NCBI GenBank assembly: GCA_951406725.2
Contig: OX597843.1
Location: forward strand, 4,588,001 to 4,652,000
DNA length: 64,000 nucleotides
Source of the DNA: Octopus vulgaris
Lineage: Eukaryota
Direction: 5' to 3'
Shown: positions 1-14,867 of the stretch, piece after piece
Position numbering within the stretch: position 1 is the first letter of the stretch
Layout: the number at the start of each line of letters is the position of its first letter
Translations under genes and position numbers: made by a program
Notes under the pieces: model-generated
What the model was told of the DNA's origin: nothing
Seen by the model: the letters and a program-made list of their open reading frames with translations, nothing else
Databases searched by the model: none

Positions 1-165
1 GTGGCGAAAGAGTACAGCAGGGATCGCCACCACCCACTGCTGGAGCATCGTGGGGCTTTTAAGTGTTTTCGCTCAATAAACACTCACAACGCCCGGTCTG
101 GGAATCGAAACCGCGATCCTACGATCGCGAGTCCTCTGCCCTAACCACTGGGCCATTGCGCCTCC
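1..165 (-). mobile_element. tRNA-derived SINE family C (head GGCGCAATGGCCCAGTGGTTAGGGCAG), truncated by the window edge
   Basis: A-box-like TGGCCCAGTGG and B-box-like GTTTCGATTCC. Other copies at ~2608-2757(+), ~40650-40800(+) and ~43510-43815(-). Confidence 0.75.
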
Positions 166-264
166 ACTATATATATACATATATATACGACGGGCTTCTT
201 TCAGTTTCCGTCTACCAAATCCACTCACAAGGCTTTCGTTTTATGTGGCACCATCACCCATACC

Positions 265-701
265 GGCAATCTTTCGTCTCTAGTAGACCTTTCCGCCGAT
301 TTCCGTAAAAAAAATTTTTTTTTTTTTACATATGGGCTTGCGGGAACTTTTGAAGTAATGAGAGCGAAAGAGACTAAGAGAAAGCCATTGTATGACGAGG
401 GAAGTTCTTTTGAAGTTACCGAAGCATTGATGTACATGTGTGTGTGTGTTTGATGGGGTGTGGGAGACAGACAGTATGTTGTGTAAGTGAAGTGCTTCTG
501 TTAGTGTGTGCGAAGAGACAGAGAGAGTAATGTGTGAAAGAAAGAGATAACTGAAATTTTTTACTCGGTGTATATGTGTATGTATGCATGTATGTGTATA
601 TGTATGTATATTACTTCAAAAGTTCCCGCAAGCCCATATGTAAAAAAAAAAATTTTTTTACGGAAATCGATGGAAAGGTCTACTAGAGACGAAAGATCAC
701 C
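265..701. mobile_element. Non-autonomous DNA transposon (MITE) with ~90-bp TIRs and 8-bp TSD, Merlin-like termini
   Basis: 265-358 is the reverse complement of ~610-701, with GG...CC termini. The direct repeat CCCATACC lies at 257-264 and 702-709. Confidence 0.85.
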
Positions 702-929
702 CCCATACCTTTTTACATGGCCCCTTCACCAGTGCTTCTTGAATGTTGGGTATATTTCTACAATTTATCTGTACTAAAACAAATTTCCCTTATTGCATCT
801 TTGCTCTTTACACACCTTCCATACCTTATACTGCTGTCTCTTCTTTATTTCAGAATATTTGATAAAATCAGCATCAAAGAATCAATATTTATCAAGTTTT
901 AAAGACTGAAGGAAGAAATATCCTATTTA

Positions 930-1311
930 CTCTTTTACTTGTTTCAGTCATTTGACTGCGGCCATGCTGGAGCACCGCCTTTAGTCGAGCAAATTGACGC
1001 CGGGACTTATTCTTTGTAAGCCCAGTACTTATTCTATCAGTCTCTTTTGCCGAACTGCTAAGTGACGGGGACGTAAACACACCAGCATCTGTTGTCAAGC
1101 AATGCTAGGGGAACAAACACAGACACACACACATACATATATATATATATACGACAGGCTTCTTTCAGTTTCCGTCTACCAAATCCACTCACAAGGCATT
1201 GGTCGGCCCGGGACTATAGCAGAAGACACTTGCCCAAGATGCCACGCAGTGGGACTGAACCCGGAACCATGTGGTTGGTTAGCAAGCTACTTACCACACA
1301 GCCACTGCGCA
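930..1311 (-). mobile_element. tRNA-derived SINE family A (~390 bp, internal TA/TG microsatellite) upstream of the ZNF CDS
   Basis: Near-identical to many copies in the window (for example ~16735-17150, 28393-28795, 42795-43202, 50420-50822, 57175-57570). Candidate TSD TATTTA at 924-929 and 1312-1317. Confidence 0.85.
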
Positions 1312-1552
1312 TATTTATGTAAGTTTTTGGTGGAATTACTGTGAAATGATTCTTCTGAACTCAAATTGATATTTTGTCTGAAATGGCTGCTGTGTGATTT
1401 TTACATTTTAATCAAGCTCGGATTATTTTACTGAAAATAAATTTCATCATTTTCAGATATTGATATTGACATACAAGGGCCGGTTGTTGGAAACATTTGT
1501 GAGCGATACAAAGCTAAAACAGAAAGATGAAGATAAACATTTGTATGTTGTG

Positions 1553-2551
1553 ATGAGAGAAGAAAAAATTATGGAAGATGAATTGTGCCAGAATAATGTT
1601 AAATATGAAATACTTTGTAAAAGGATTCGTATTTTTGATGATACAGAGGAAGGAAAAGAGAAGATATATCATTGCGATATCTGTGATAAATCTTTCTTGC
1701 ATAAAAGTAATCTCATTACCCACAGACGTGTTCATACAGGAGAGAAACCATATCACTGTGATATCTGTGGTAATACCTTCTCAGCAAAAAGCTCGTTAAC
1801 TACTCACAAACGCGTCCATACAGGTGAGAAGCCGTATCGTTGCGATGTCTGCGGAAAATCGTTTTCCCATAGAAATACTTTAACGAGACATTTATACGTT
1901 CATACAGGTGAGAAGCCGTATCACTGCGATGTCTGTGGTAAATCTTTCTCCGAAAACGGTGACTTGACCAAACACAAACGTGTCCATACAGGGGAGAAAC
2001 CGTACCACTGTGACATCTGCGGTAAATCATTCTCTGTAATTAACCACTTGACTACACACGTGCGTATTCATACAGGTGAGAAGCCATATCACTGTGATAT
2101 CTGTGGTAAATCATTCTCCCAAAACGGTGAGGTTACCATTCACAAACGGATTCATACGGGCGAGAAGCCGTTTCACTGTGATATTTGCGGGAGATTGTTC
2201 TCTCAAAATGGGGAGGTTACTAATCACAAGCGTACCCATACAGGAGAAAAGCCATACCATTGTGATATCTGTAGTAAGTCATTCTCCCATGGAAACACTT
2301 TAGCTGCTCACAAACGCGTCCACACAGGGGAGAAACCATATCATTGTGATATCTGTGGTAAATCATTTTCACATCAAAATACATTGACTAAACACGAACG
2401 TATTCACACAGGGGAGAAACCGTATCGCTGTGATATTTGTGGTAAATCATTCTCTGAAGGAGGCGTCTTAACTAAACACAAACGTATTCATACAGGAAAG
2501 AAGCTGGACACCTCCGGTCAGTCATTGGCAGAAAAGGGCTCGCAGAACTAG
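1553..2551 (+). CDS. Tandem C2H2 zinc-finger protein (10 fingers), single coding exon
   Basis: The ORF holds 10 consecutive C-x2-C-x12-H-x3-H fingers with TGEKP linkers. The track ORF starts at TTG 1460; in-frame ATGs are at 1553 and 1571 (MEDELCQ). Candidate acceptors are tttcAG ending at 853 and at 1456. No KRAB or other effector domain is visible. Confidence 0.93.
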   Translation: MREEKIMEDELCQNNVKYEILCKRIRIFDDTEEGKEKIYHCDICDKSFLHKSNLITHRRVHTGEKPYHCDICGNTFSAKSSLTTHKRVHTGEKPYRCDVCGKSFSHRNTLTRHLYVHTGEKPYHCDVCGKSFSENGDLTKHKRVHTGEKPYHCDICGKSFSVINHLTTHVRIHTGEKPYHCDICGKSFSQNGEVTIHKRIHTGEKPFHCDICGRLFSQNGEVTNHKRTHTGEKPYHCDICSKSFSHGNTLAAHKRVHTGEKPYHCDICGKSFSHQNTLTKHERIHTGEKPYRCDICGKSFSEGGVLTKHKRIHTGKKLDTSGQSLAEKGSQN

Positions 2552-2758
2552 ACATATGTATTCATACCAAAGAGAAGTTCATCATCATCACCAGCAGCTG
2601 CAGTGTAGGCGCAATGGCCCAGTGGTTAGGGCAGCGGACTCGCGGTCGGAGGATCATGGTTTCGATTCCCAGACTGGGCGTTGTGTGTGTTTATTGAGCG
2701 AAAACACCTAAAGCTCCACGAGGCTCCGACGGGATGGTGATGATCCCTGCTGTACTCG

Positions 2759-3327
2759 AATGTAAATAATGTATCAAAAAATACCTTAGGAATGAGAACC
2801 CAGGTTCGAAATTTCCCCAAGACACCTGATGAAGGCTGGAGGGTATATTGGCCGAAACGTGTTAACAACAAACAAGATGAGGAGAAATATCCGTCAAATG
2901 TAAATATCGTACATAATTCCTCATCTCTTAAATATAGACTGTATTGAATAATAATAACATTGAAAAATACCTTAGGAATCAGAACCCAGGTTTGAAATTT
3001 CCCCAAGGAACCTGATGAAGGCTGGAGGGTATATCAGCTGAAACGCTGTGTTAACAACAAACAAGATGAGGAGAAATATCCGTCAAATGTAAACAATGTA
3101 CATAATTCCTCATCTCTCAAATATAGACTGTATTGAATAATAATAATAATAACATAGAAAAATACCTTAGGAATGAGAACCCAGGTTCGAAATTTCCTCA
3201 AGACACCTGATGAAGGCTGGAGGGTATATCAGCCGAAAGGTTGTGTTAACAACAAACAAGATGAGGAGAAATATCCGTCAAATGTAAATAATGTACATAA
3301 TTCCTCATCTCTTAAATAAAGAACTGT
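2759..3327 (+). ncRNA. Three tandem ~186-195 bp units, each with a minimal type-I hammerhead ribozyme motif (Penelope-like or retrozyme-like)
   Basis: CTGATGA at 2826, 3012 and 3207, each followed by A, stem II GGCTGG/TCAGCC and GAAA. Consensus GACAC-CTGATGA-A-GGCTGG-agggtata-TCAGCC-GAAAC-GTT-GTGTT. Each copy deviates from the consensus. Confidence 0.7.
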
Positions 3328-3679
3328 AAAGCAAAAAGTGCTCCAAGAATTCTAGATAAGATGAGAGACTTATAATCTTTGTACTGAAAAATATAATGAA
3401 ATTAGAAAAGAACCATGTGCAACTTACGAAATAATTCCATTAAATAAGATCAACTCAAAGGACTTTCTTTGAATATTCTCACCATTTTTTATGTTTTGTT
3501 TTTACTTCATTTGTATTATGAATTCCTTGATTTTTTCTAAGTTTTGAGAAAAACAAATATTCTTTTACTTGTTTCAGTCGTTTGATTGCAGCCATGCTGG
3601 AGCACCGCCGAGAAGGGTTTTAGTCAAAGAAATCGACCACAGAACTTTTTTTTTTTTAAAGCCTAGTACTTATGCTGTC

Positions 3680-4542
3680 AGTCTCTATCAGTCTCTTTTG
3701 CTGAACCACTAAGTTACAAGGATGGAAACACACCAATACTAGTTGCCGAACCGCTAAGTTACAGGGATGTAAACGAACCAGCATCAGTTGTCAAGCGATG
3801 TTGGGGGGACAAACACAAACACACAACCATATATATATATATAGCCGAAATTGCGAGGATGATCCGGTTCTTGACTGAAGATTGAAGGCTTCGAATGTCC
3901 CGTCCGTGTTTTTCGTATCGTCTTCTAAATGTTTTATGTTCTTGTCCCAGTTTGTATCTTTCTACATATAATATATATATACATATATACGATGGGCTTC
4001 TTTCAGTTTCCGTCTACCAAATTCACTCACAGGGCTTTGGTCGGCCCGGGCCATAGTAGAAGACACTTGCCCAAGGTGCCACGCAGTGGGACTGAACCCG
4101 GAACCATGTGGTTGGTAAGCAAGCTACTTACCTCACAGCCACTCCTACACCTGTATGCATACACAAAAATCAATCAACAAGATCAATAACCAATAATAAA
4201 CAACAGATTTGTCATGCTATCAGTCTCTTTTGCTGAACCACTAAGTTACAAGGATGGAAACACACCAATACTAGTTGCCGAACCGCTAAGTTATGAGGAT
4301 GCAAACACACCAGCATTGGTTGTCAAGCGATGTTGGGGAGACAAACACAAACATATATATATATACATATAAACGACGGGCTTCTTTCAGTTTCCATCTA
4401 CCAAATCCACTCACAAGGCTTTGGTCGGCCCAAGGCTATAGTAGAAGACACTCACCCAAGGTGCCACGCAGTGGGACTGAACCCAGAACAATGTGGTTGG
4501 TAAGCAAGCTACTTACCACACAGCCACTCCTCTCCCTCTCTT

Positions 4543-4588
<46 letters not shown>

Positions 4589-5154
4589 CATATACATATA
4601 TATACGACGGGCTTCTTTCAGTTTTCGTCTACCAAATTCACTCACAGGGCTTTGGTCGGCCCGAGGCTATAGTAGAAGTCACTTGCCCAAGGTGACACGC
4701 AGTGGGACTGAACCCAGAACCATGTGGTTGGTAAGCAAGCTACTTACCACACAGCCATTCCTACACCTATATACATACACAAAAATCAATCAACAAGATC
4801 AATATAAATCAATAAACAACAGATTTGTCATGCTATCAGTCTCTTTTGCTGAACCACTAAGTTACAAGGATGGAAACACACCAATACTAGTTGCCGAACC
4901 GCTAAGTTACAGGGATGTAAACGAACCAGCATCAGTTGTCAAGTGATGTTGGGGGGACAAACACAAACATATACATATATATATGACAGGCTTCTTTCAG
5001 TTTCTGTCTACCAAATTCACTCACAAGGCTTTGGTCGGCCCGAGGCTATAGAAGACACTTGCCCAAGGTGCCATGCAGTGGGACTGAACTCGGAACCATG
5101 TGGTTGGTAAGCAAGCTACTTACCACACAGCCACTCCTCTCCCTCTCTTTATAA

Positions 5155-5193
<39 letters not shown>

Positions 5194-5450
5194 CATATAC
5201 ATATATATACGACGGGCTTCTTTCAGTTTTCGTCTACCAAATTCACTCACAGGGCTTTGGTCGGCCCGAGGCTATAGTAGAAGTCACTTGCCCAAGGTGC
5301 CACGCAGTGGGACTGAACCCGGAACCATGTGGTTGGTAAGCAAGCTACTTACCACACAGCAACTCCTACACCTATATACATACACAAAAATCAATCAATA
5401 AGATCAATATAAATCAACAATAACCAATAATAAACAACAGATTTGTCATT
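3680..5450. repeat. Local tandem duplication (~605-620 bp period) of SINE A pieces plus unique flank
   Basis: The unique string ACACAAAAATCAATCAAxAAGATCAATA recurs at ~4161, ~4777 and ~5382 with the same neighbouring SINE pieces. Confidence 0.75.
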
Positions 5451-6091
5451 AATATAATTTTATTGGTTATTTACTGAAATCTTTCTGGTATTTTTTTGTC
5501 ATTTTTTTCCAAATTTTAATAATAATTATAATAATAATAATAACAATTATCAATATCGTTATTATTACTTCTTTGTCCAATTTGCTTTTTTTTTTCATTT
5601 ATTTTTTTTTTGTTTTTTTTTTATCAACAACTGGGTTAAATTAGTGTTAATTAGTTTATTTCATTTTGTTAATTTTCTTTATTACAAACAATTTCATTTA
5701 ATTACAACAAAAGAAAAGAAAAATATATATATATATATATATATACCATGTGGGTTACTGTGTGTGTATATACATTTAGGTAAGCATGTGTGTGTATGTA
5801 TGCATGTGTGTGTGTATGTATCTATCTATCTATATATATTATAGAGAGAGTGTATAACTATATCTATATATATGTGTGTGTGTATTTATATATATATACA
5901 TGTGTATATCTATATACATGCCTGTGTGTGTATATATCTATCTATATATATATATACATACACATACATATTTGTATGTATATATGCACATACACACATC
6001 TATATATCTATAATATATATATACATCTATATATCTATATACAATAAATATACATCTATCTATACATATATATACACAATATATATAAATC

Positions 6092-6127
<36 letters not shown>

Positions 6128-6139
6128 CATGTGTATATA

Positions 6140-6170
<31 letters not shown>

Positions 6171-8959
6171 GTACATGTGTATATATATATGTATATATTT
6201 GTACATATATATATACATATATATATATACACATATATACATATATATATACATATATACACATATACATATATATACATACATACACTTACATATATAT
6301 ACATATATAAATACCTACCTACATATATACACATACACACACATATATACATACACACACACATGTATATATATATATACATAGAAACATATACACACAC
6401 ATATACACCCACATGATTGCAAGGATTCAGCTGTATAGAATATGGCAGGGGAGTAGTAGTAGTAGTAATAGTAGTAGTATTTTTTGGGGGAGGGGGGTTA
6501 TATTTCAGAAGCAACATAAGTCTTTACAAGAATATTTCATTCGAGGGTGAAGAAACTGCATGTGGTGTAGGCGGCGACGGCGACGGTGGTAGTGATGGTG
6601 GTAGTGGTGATGTGGTTGGCGCTGTGTAGCATTCTGTAGCAGCATGTGTGTGTGTGTGAGAAATGGTGGGTGGGGGGAATAATTGGCTTCAGGTGGTTGC
6701 ACCGACAGCCGTAGCTTTTTCTAATAATAATAATAATCCTTTCTACTATAGGCACAAGGCCTGGAATTTTTGGTGGGGGGGGGGGGAGTAAGTCGATGAC
6801 ATCAACCCCCCCAGTGTACAACTGGTACCTAATTTGTCGACCTCTAAAGGACGAAAGGCAAAGTAGCAGCAAATAATAACGATCCTTTGGGATATAGGCT
6901 AGGCATAAGTCCGGAAATTTTCGAGGGTAATGGGCACAGAGTGGAAGGGACTAGTTGACTGTGTGGACCCCAGTGCTCAACCAGTACTTATTTCAATGAC
7001 CCCACCCCCTAAAAAAAAGTTGGAAGGCAAAGCTGACCTTGGCAAAATTTGGGGAAAATTCCGCTAAGCATTTCATTCGGCAAGCTAACAATTCTTGTTT
7101 CTTTATTTGCCCACAAGGGGCTAAACATAGAGGGGACAAGCAAGGACATAACAAAGGGATTAAGTCGATTACATCGACCCCAGTGCGTAATTGGTACTTA
7201 ATTTATCGACCCTGAAAGGATAAATGGTAAAGTCAACCTCGGCGGAATTTGAACCCAGAACCTAACGGCAGACGGAATATTGCTAAGCATTTCGCCCGGT
7301 GTGCTAACGTTTTTGCCAGTTCGCTGCCTTTGGTCAATTACATCGACCCCAGTGCATAACTGGTATCATTAATTTATCAACCCCAAAAGGTTGAACAGCA
7401 AAGTCGACCTCGGCAGAATTTGAACTCAGAACGTAGCGACAGGCGAAGCATTTCGTCCAGCATTCTAACGATTCTGCCAGCTCGCTGCCCTTATAATAAT
7501 ACTAATAATAGTAGTAGTATTAGTAGTAATAATAATAATAATAGTAGTAGTATTAGTAGTAATAATAATAATGATGGTAATAATTGCTTTCAAACTATTC
7601 TGAAATGTGCTCAAGTACATGGCTACTTTCGTGATTGTGTGGAGGGATAGAGTTGGCAGAGGAGGGGGGTAGCAACTGATAGATTTTGTGGGGGTGGGCA
7701 GGAGAGGGTTGCTTTTGTTTTTTTGTGTGTGTTTTATTTTTAGTTTCTGTGCATTTTTTTGCTTCTCTTTCACATTATTTGTTTTGTTTTTTTTTTTGTT
7801 CTGTATATAAATTTTAAGCCCAGTAGATATAACTGGTACTTCCGGAGAATGTGACACACTGAAAAGGAGGAGAGGAGAGGAGGGGGTGGTGTGGGAGGCA
7901 AGAGATGGTGACTGTTAGGAGAGGGAGGCAGGGGTGGAGAGCGACAGTGGGAGAGGGTGATTGATTAATTAAAGCCATCTTAGTCACCCCCTACCCAACC
8001 CTATTCCCCACCCCACACCGTTTATACAAAAAAAAAGCAACAACAGCCACTCACAAGAATAGGGGGCAGAGTAGGAGTAGTCAGAGGAGGAGAAAGAATA
8101 GAAGTAGCAGTAGTAGGAAGAGGAGTGGTAGTAGGGGGAAGAGAGGAGAAGATGCTGCCTTAATAATAATAATAATCCTTTTTACGGGAGGCACAAGGCT
8201 TCGAATTTGTGGGGGAGGAGACTAGATGATTACACTGACCCCAGTACACAACTGGTACTTAATTTATTGACCCCCATCCCCCACCCAAAAGCCGCTAAGC
8301 ATTTCATCCAGCGTGCTAACAATTCTACCAGCTCGCCAATAATAATAATAATTCTTTCTACAAAAGGGATAAAGCCTGAAATTTGGGGGTCAAGGGACCA
8401 GCCAATTACATTGACCCTATTATTTCACAGATAGTTTATTGACCCTGAAATTTTGGCATAAGGCCAGCGATTAGTGGGTGGCAGGGGTCACAGTTGATTA
8501 TTTCGACCCCTGTATTCGACTGGTACTTTATTTTGAGGACCCTGGAGGGGATGAAAGACAAAGTTGACTTCGGTGGGATGTGAAACCAGAATGGAAACAG
8601 CCGGAAGAAATACCACATGGCATTTTCTCCGATGCTCCACCGATTCCACATAAAAGAAAATATAAAGAATTAAAAGGGAAAAAAAAATAGGACAAAGTCC
8701 ACCTTGGTTGGGGTTTGAAAGCAGAACATAAAAAAAAAAGGGATCATAATTACAATTAATTACAATTGATTACAATTAACACAAGGCAATTCCATTCAAT
8801 GCTCTACCGGTTCTGGTAAAATATATTCTATACTGGCCACAAGAATGGTAACAGGTAGGGACTTCATTCCCCTCCTCTCCCCCTGCAAGGCGCTGAGAAA
8901 ACACAGCGTAAGGACTAGATATAAAAGAGCAGGGGGCAGAGGAGTTACAAAACAGACAC

Positions 8960-9470
8960 GGGGACAACAACAACAATAATAATCATTTTAATAGAGATAC
9001 AAGGCCGGAAGTTTTAGAGGCGAGGTCTAGTAGATTACATCGGACCCCAGTGCATGGCTGGTATTTAGTTTATCAACCCGGAAAGGATAAAAGGCAGAGT
9101 CGACCTCGGCAGAATTTGAACTCGGGGACGACGACAACAACAATAATAATAATCATTTTAATAGAGATACAAGGCCTGATGTTTTAGAGGTGAGGTCTAG
9201 TAGATTACATCGGACCCCAGTGCATGGCTGGTATTTAGTTTATCAACCCGGAAAGGATAAAAGGCAGAGTTGACCTCGGCAGAATTTGAACTCGGGGACG
9301 ACGACAACAACAATAATAATAATCATTTTAATAGAGATACAAGGCCTGATGTTTTAGAGGTGAGGTCTAGTAGATTACATCGGACCCCAGTGCATGGCTG
9401 GTATTTAGTTTATCAACCCGGAAAGGATAAAAGGCAGAGTCGACCTTGGCGGAATTTGAACTCAGAACGT
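8960..9470. repeat. 170-bp tandem repeat x3 derived from SINE family B
   Basis: AATCATTTTAATAGAGATACAAGG at 8981, 9151 and 9321. Confidence 0.85.
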
Positions 9471-10089
9471 AAGGACAGCAAGCATTTTTTTTTTTTTTTG
9501 GTCTGAAACGCTGCCAACTCGTCACAATAATAATAATAATAATAATATTTTTGATTTGACTAGATACAAAGGGACAGGTGTGGAAAGCATGGGGGCCCCG
9601 TTTAGAAGTGGAAAGACGGAGTGGTGGGCGAGGAGAAGGGTAAGGCTCATTTGATTTACAGATCAACTCATTCTGACCCACAGTCTGACCCCCTTTGTCC
9701 GACACACACACACACACAGTACATCGTTAGTGTTGTAAAATGTAATTAGACTTCATCACCCCCACATCCCCCCCCGCTTTGACAAGACAAAAAATAATAA
9801 TAATAACAGTGAAAGGCAACATTAGCAAAATGGTTTGGTGGTGTCTCAATGCAAGAAATATATATATATATATATACACACGCACACACATTACATATAC
9901 AATATACACATTATATATCATATAAACATTATATATACACATTTTCTACATATATATATATATGTACACATTATATATTACATGTACATTATATACATAT
10001 TTTAATTATTATATATATATATAAAATATATACACGCATAATATATATATCTACATTAATTATACATTATATACATATTTTAAATATTA

Positions 10090-10127
<38 letters not shown>

Positions 10128-10223
10128 TATATACATATTTTAAATATATATATATATATATATAATGTACACATAAGTATGTATTTGTGCATGTATGTAT
10201 ATAGATAGATATCTATGTTGTAG

Positions 10224-10267
<44 letters not shown>

Positions 10268-10459
10268 TATATATTATATGTACATTATATACATATTTTA
10301 AATATTATATATATATATATATATATAAAATATATACATGCATAATATATATATATATGTATATATATAATGTACACATAAGTGTGTATTTGTGCATGTA
10401 TGTATGTATGTATGTATATAGATAGATATCTATGTTGTAGTTATTTATATATGTGTGTC

Positions 10460-10517
<58 letters not shown>

Positions 10518-11079
10518 TGTAGCTAGCTAGCTAGATGTGTGCATATGTGTGTGTGTGTGTATGTGTGTGTATATATATATATATATGTTTATAGCTAGCT
10601 AGATGTGTATGTGTGTGTGTATGTATGCATCACATATAATGAAGCACCAGACGTGAAAACGTTATCATTCTCAGGGCCTATAATATGCAGGAGTGACAGA
10701 GGCGAGGAGAACAGGGACCAGGGAGGAAAAGCAGCAAGAAAGACAAGGGGCAAGGACAAGAAGGGCAAGGGGCAAAGAGAGTGGAAGGATCACTTTGTTA
10801 CCCATTGCAAAAGGGAAGGAGTGGAAGAGTCTATTATACGACGGGGGGACTATATTACATTGAAATCCACTCAAGGGTGGATGAAACAGCAAAGATGACC
10901 TCGGCTGGATTTGAACTCACATCTGATGGTATGGTACCTTAACTGAATAACCTCAAGACATAAAAGTGTGTGTGCATGTGTATATTTATACACATGTACA
11001 TATATATCTACATATATATGCACAGGGATACAGTCTGCATATATACATGAGTATATGTCAATGTACTTACATAAGTGTG

Positions 11080-12790
<1,711 letters not shown>

Positions 12791-12823
12791 TATATATATA
12801 TATTTCTTTACTATCCACAAGGG

Positions 12824-13022
12824 ACTAAACACAGAGGGGACAAACAAGGTGATTAAGTCGATTATATCGATCCCAGTGCGTAACTGGTGCTTAATTTATC
12901 GACCCCGAAAGGATGAAAGGCAAAGTCGACCTCGGCGGAATTTGAACTCAGAACGTAACGGCAGACGAAATACGGCTACGCATTTCGCCCGGCGTGCTAA
13001 CGATTCTGCCAGCTCGCCGCCT
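12824..13022 (-). mobile_element. tRNA-derived SINE family B (head GGCGGCGAGCTGGCAGAATCGTTAGC; central GCCTTTCATCCTTTCGGGGTCGATAAATTAAGTACCAG, Nin/Deu-like)
   Basis: B-box-like GAGTTCAAATTCC. Many copies at ~6740-7490, 23800-24110, 41440-41975, 46640-46960, 56890-57170, 59100-59725 and 60200-61560. Confidence 0.8.
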
Positions 13023-13061
<39 letters not shown>

Positions 13062-13225
13062 TCATATATATATACATACATATCTATACACACACACATA
13101 TCTATATATATAAATATATATTTATATACATATATACACACACACACACATATATAAATATATATTTATATACATATATACACACACACACACATATATA
13201 TAAATATATATTTATATACATATAT

Positions 13226-13256
<31 letters not shown>

Positions 13257-13263
13257 CATATAT

Positions 13264-13308
<45 letters not shown>

Positions 13309-14867
13309 TTTTTTTTATGCTGTAAAATAAATATGTATAGCAAAAGACAGCGTCTTCTCTTTGTACAAAATATTTGCTGCAGTCAGATGGCTATGGGCTG
13401 GTTCCAGCGGCAGATTCAGCAAGCAGGAAAGCTCTGCGTGTGTGTGTGTTTAAGGGACGGAAGAGAGAGAGAGAAACATTGGAGGGGTGTGAGGCAGGGA
13501 TCTGGGGCTTTGAAGGGCAAAAGGCGACGTTGGTCTCAGGAGTGGGGGGCATGAGTGGAGTCGAGAGGAGTTTAGGGGTTACAAGTTACTAAACTTTCTA
13601 TGACTAGTAGTTGTAGTAGTAGTAGTGGTAGTACTAATTGTTAAGGTATAGTGTGTAGGTGATTATATGTCAATCCACAGTGAGGGTCATGGATGGAGGT
13701 GGGGAAAGAGACAAGTGGAAAGGGAAGGGATAGGTATTTACCCATGGATAACAGAGTAAGAGAGAGGGGGAGTGAAAGACGGAAATTTAGGTGGTTACTC
13801 ACAGTGACAGCCATGGCTGGATTGGGAGGCAAACATAGGAGCAAGCTAGGTGAGTGTGTTATTTAGCTTTATATATATATTATATATATATATACATATA
13901 TATGTGAATAGCATAGTTCCTTTCTAGGGTGATGGGTATGGCTGGCTTCTGGCTGGATGGATAAGACGAAAGAGAGAGAGAGAGAGAAGCAGAGGCTTTG
14001 GTTGATTATATAAGAGTGTTTTTGTTGTTGTCAATATGATTGGTGAGTATACTTCTATCGACAGTGGAGGGCATGGATGGATGGATGCCTTGGTATTGAA
14101 CTCCAGTTAACAGCCACAGCAGGACACATCCAATTCTGAAACGATAATAGGATAGTTAAAAGACAAGGGGAGATAATCATGTGAACAGGGTTTCAAAATT
14201 GGAAGATGAAGACTGATGAGCAGATAACTTTGGTTAAAGAGGGGGAGATAAATAGGGTATAGAAAGGGGAGATAACTGTTATTTATCATGGCTAATATGT
14301 TTACAAAATAGGGTTTCGTATGTGAAGACATGCAGAACCACAGGGAGAGGTGAGCAGCAGTTGATAAAGTTAAAGGTGTGGGGAGAAAAACAGGGTCTGA
14401 AAAGAAGAGATATCAAACTCACGAAGGGAGATTACCATCTGTTATTTACTTGTATTTAATATTTGTTGCGTCAAGACTATTGAAAAGGTTGCAAGACGCA
14501 ATGAAAATTTTAGGAGAATAAAAATAAGGGCATAAATTCGGTATAAGTACCGGATACATTTCAAGAAAGTGTTTTTTTTATATATGGGGTGTTAGGGGAG
14601 GGATAAAAGGGTTTCTGTTATCTTCAGAAATGTAAACAAAGTCATGTGTGTACTTATACCGAAGGTTCGCCAAAAGATGAAATAAGTGGAAATTTTACCG
14701 GTGAGTGCGTTAAAGTATAAGGCACAAAAAGAAAATGATTCTCCCCAGACACAACAGAATACATAATTTATCTCTTCTCAATAGGCTTATAAAAGCGAGA
14801 GATAAATAGGGTTACAGAAGAGAGCTAACGACATCTCATCTGCTGCAAAAGTAAAATAAATAGGATC

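Noticed and set aside
1092-1344. Recurrent ORFs such as ASFSFRLPNPLTR and HAVGLNPEPCGW seen throughout the track
   Set aside because: Antisense translations of SINE family A, not a protein family.
3870-3910. CTGAAGA...CTTCGAATGTC as a possible fourth hammerhead
   Set aside because: It lacks GAAA and stem I pairing; too degenerate to call.
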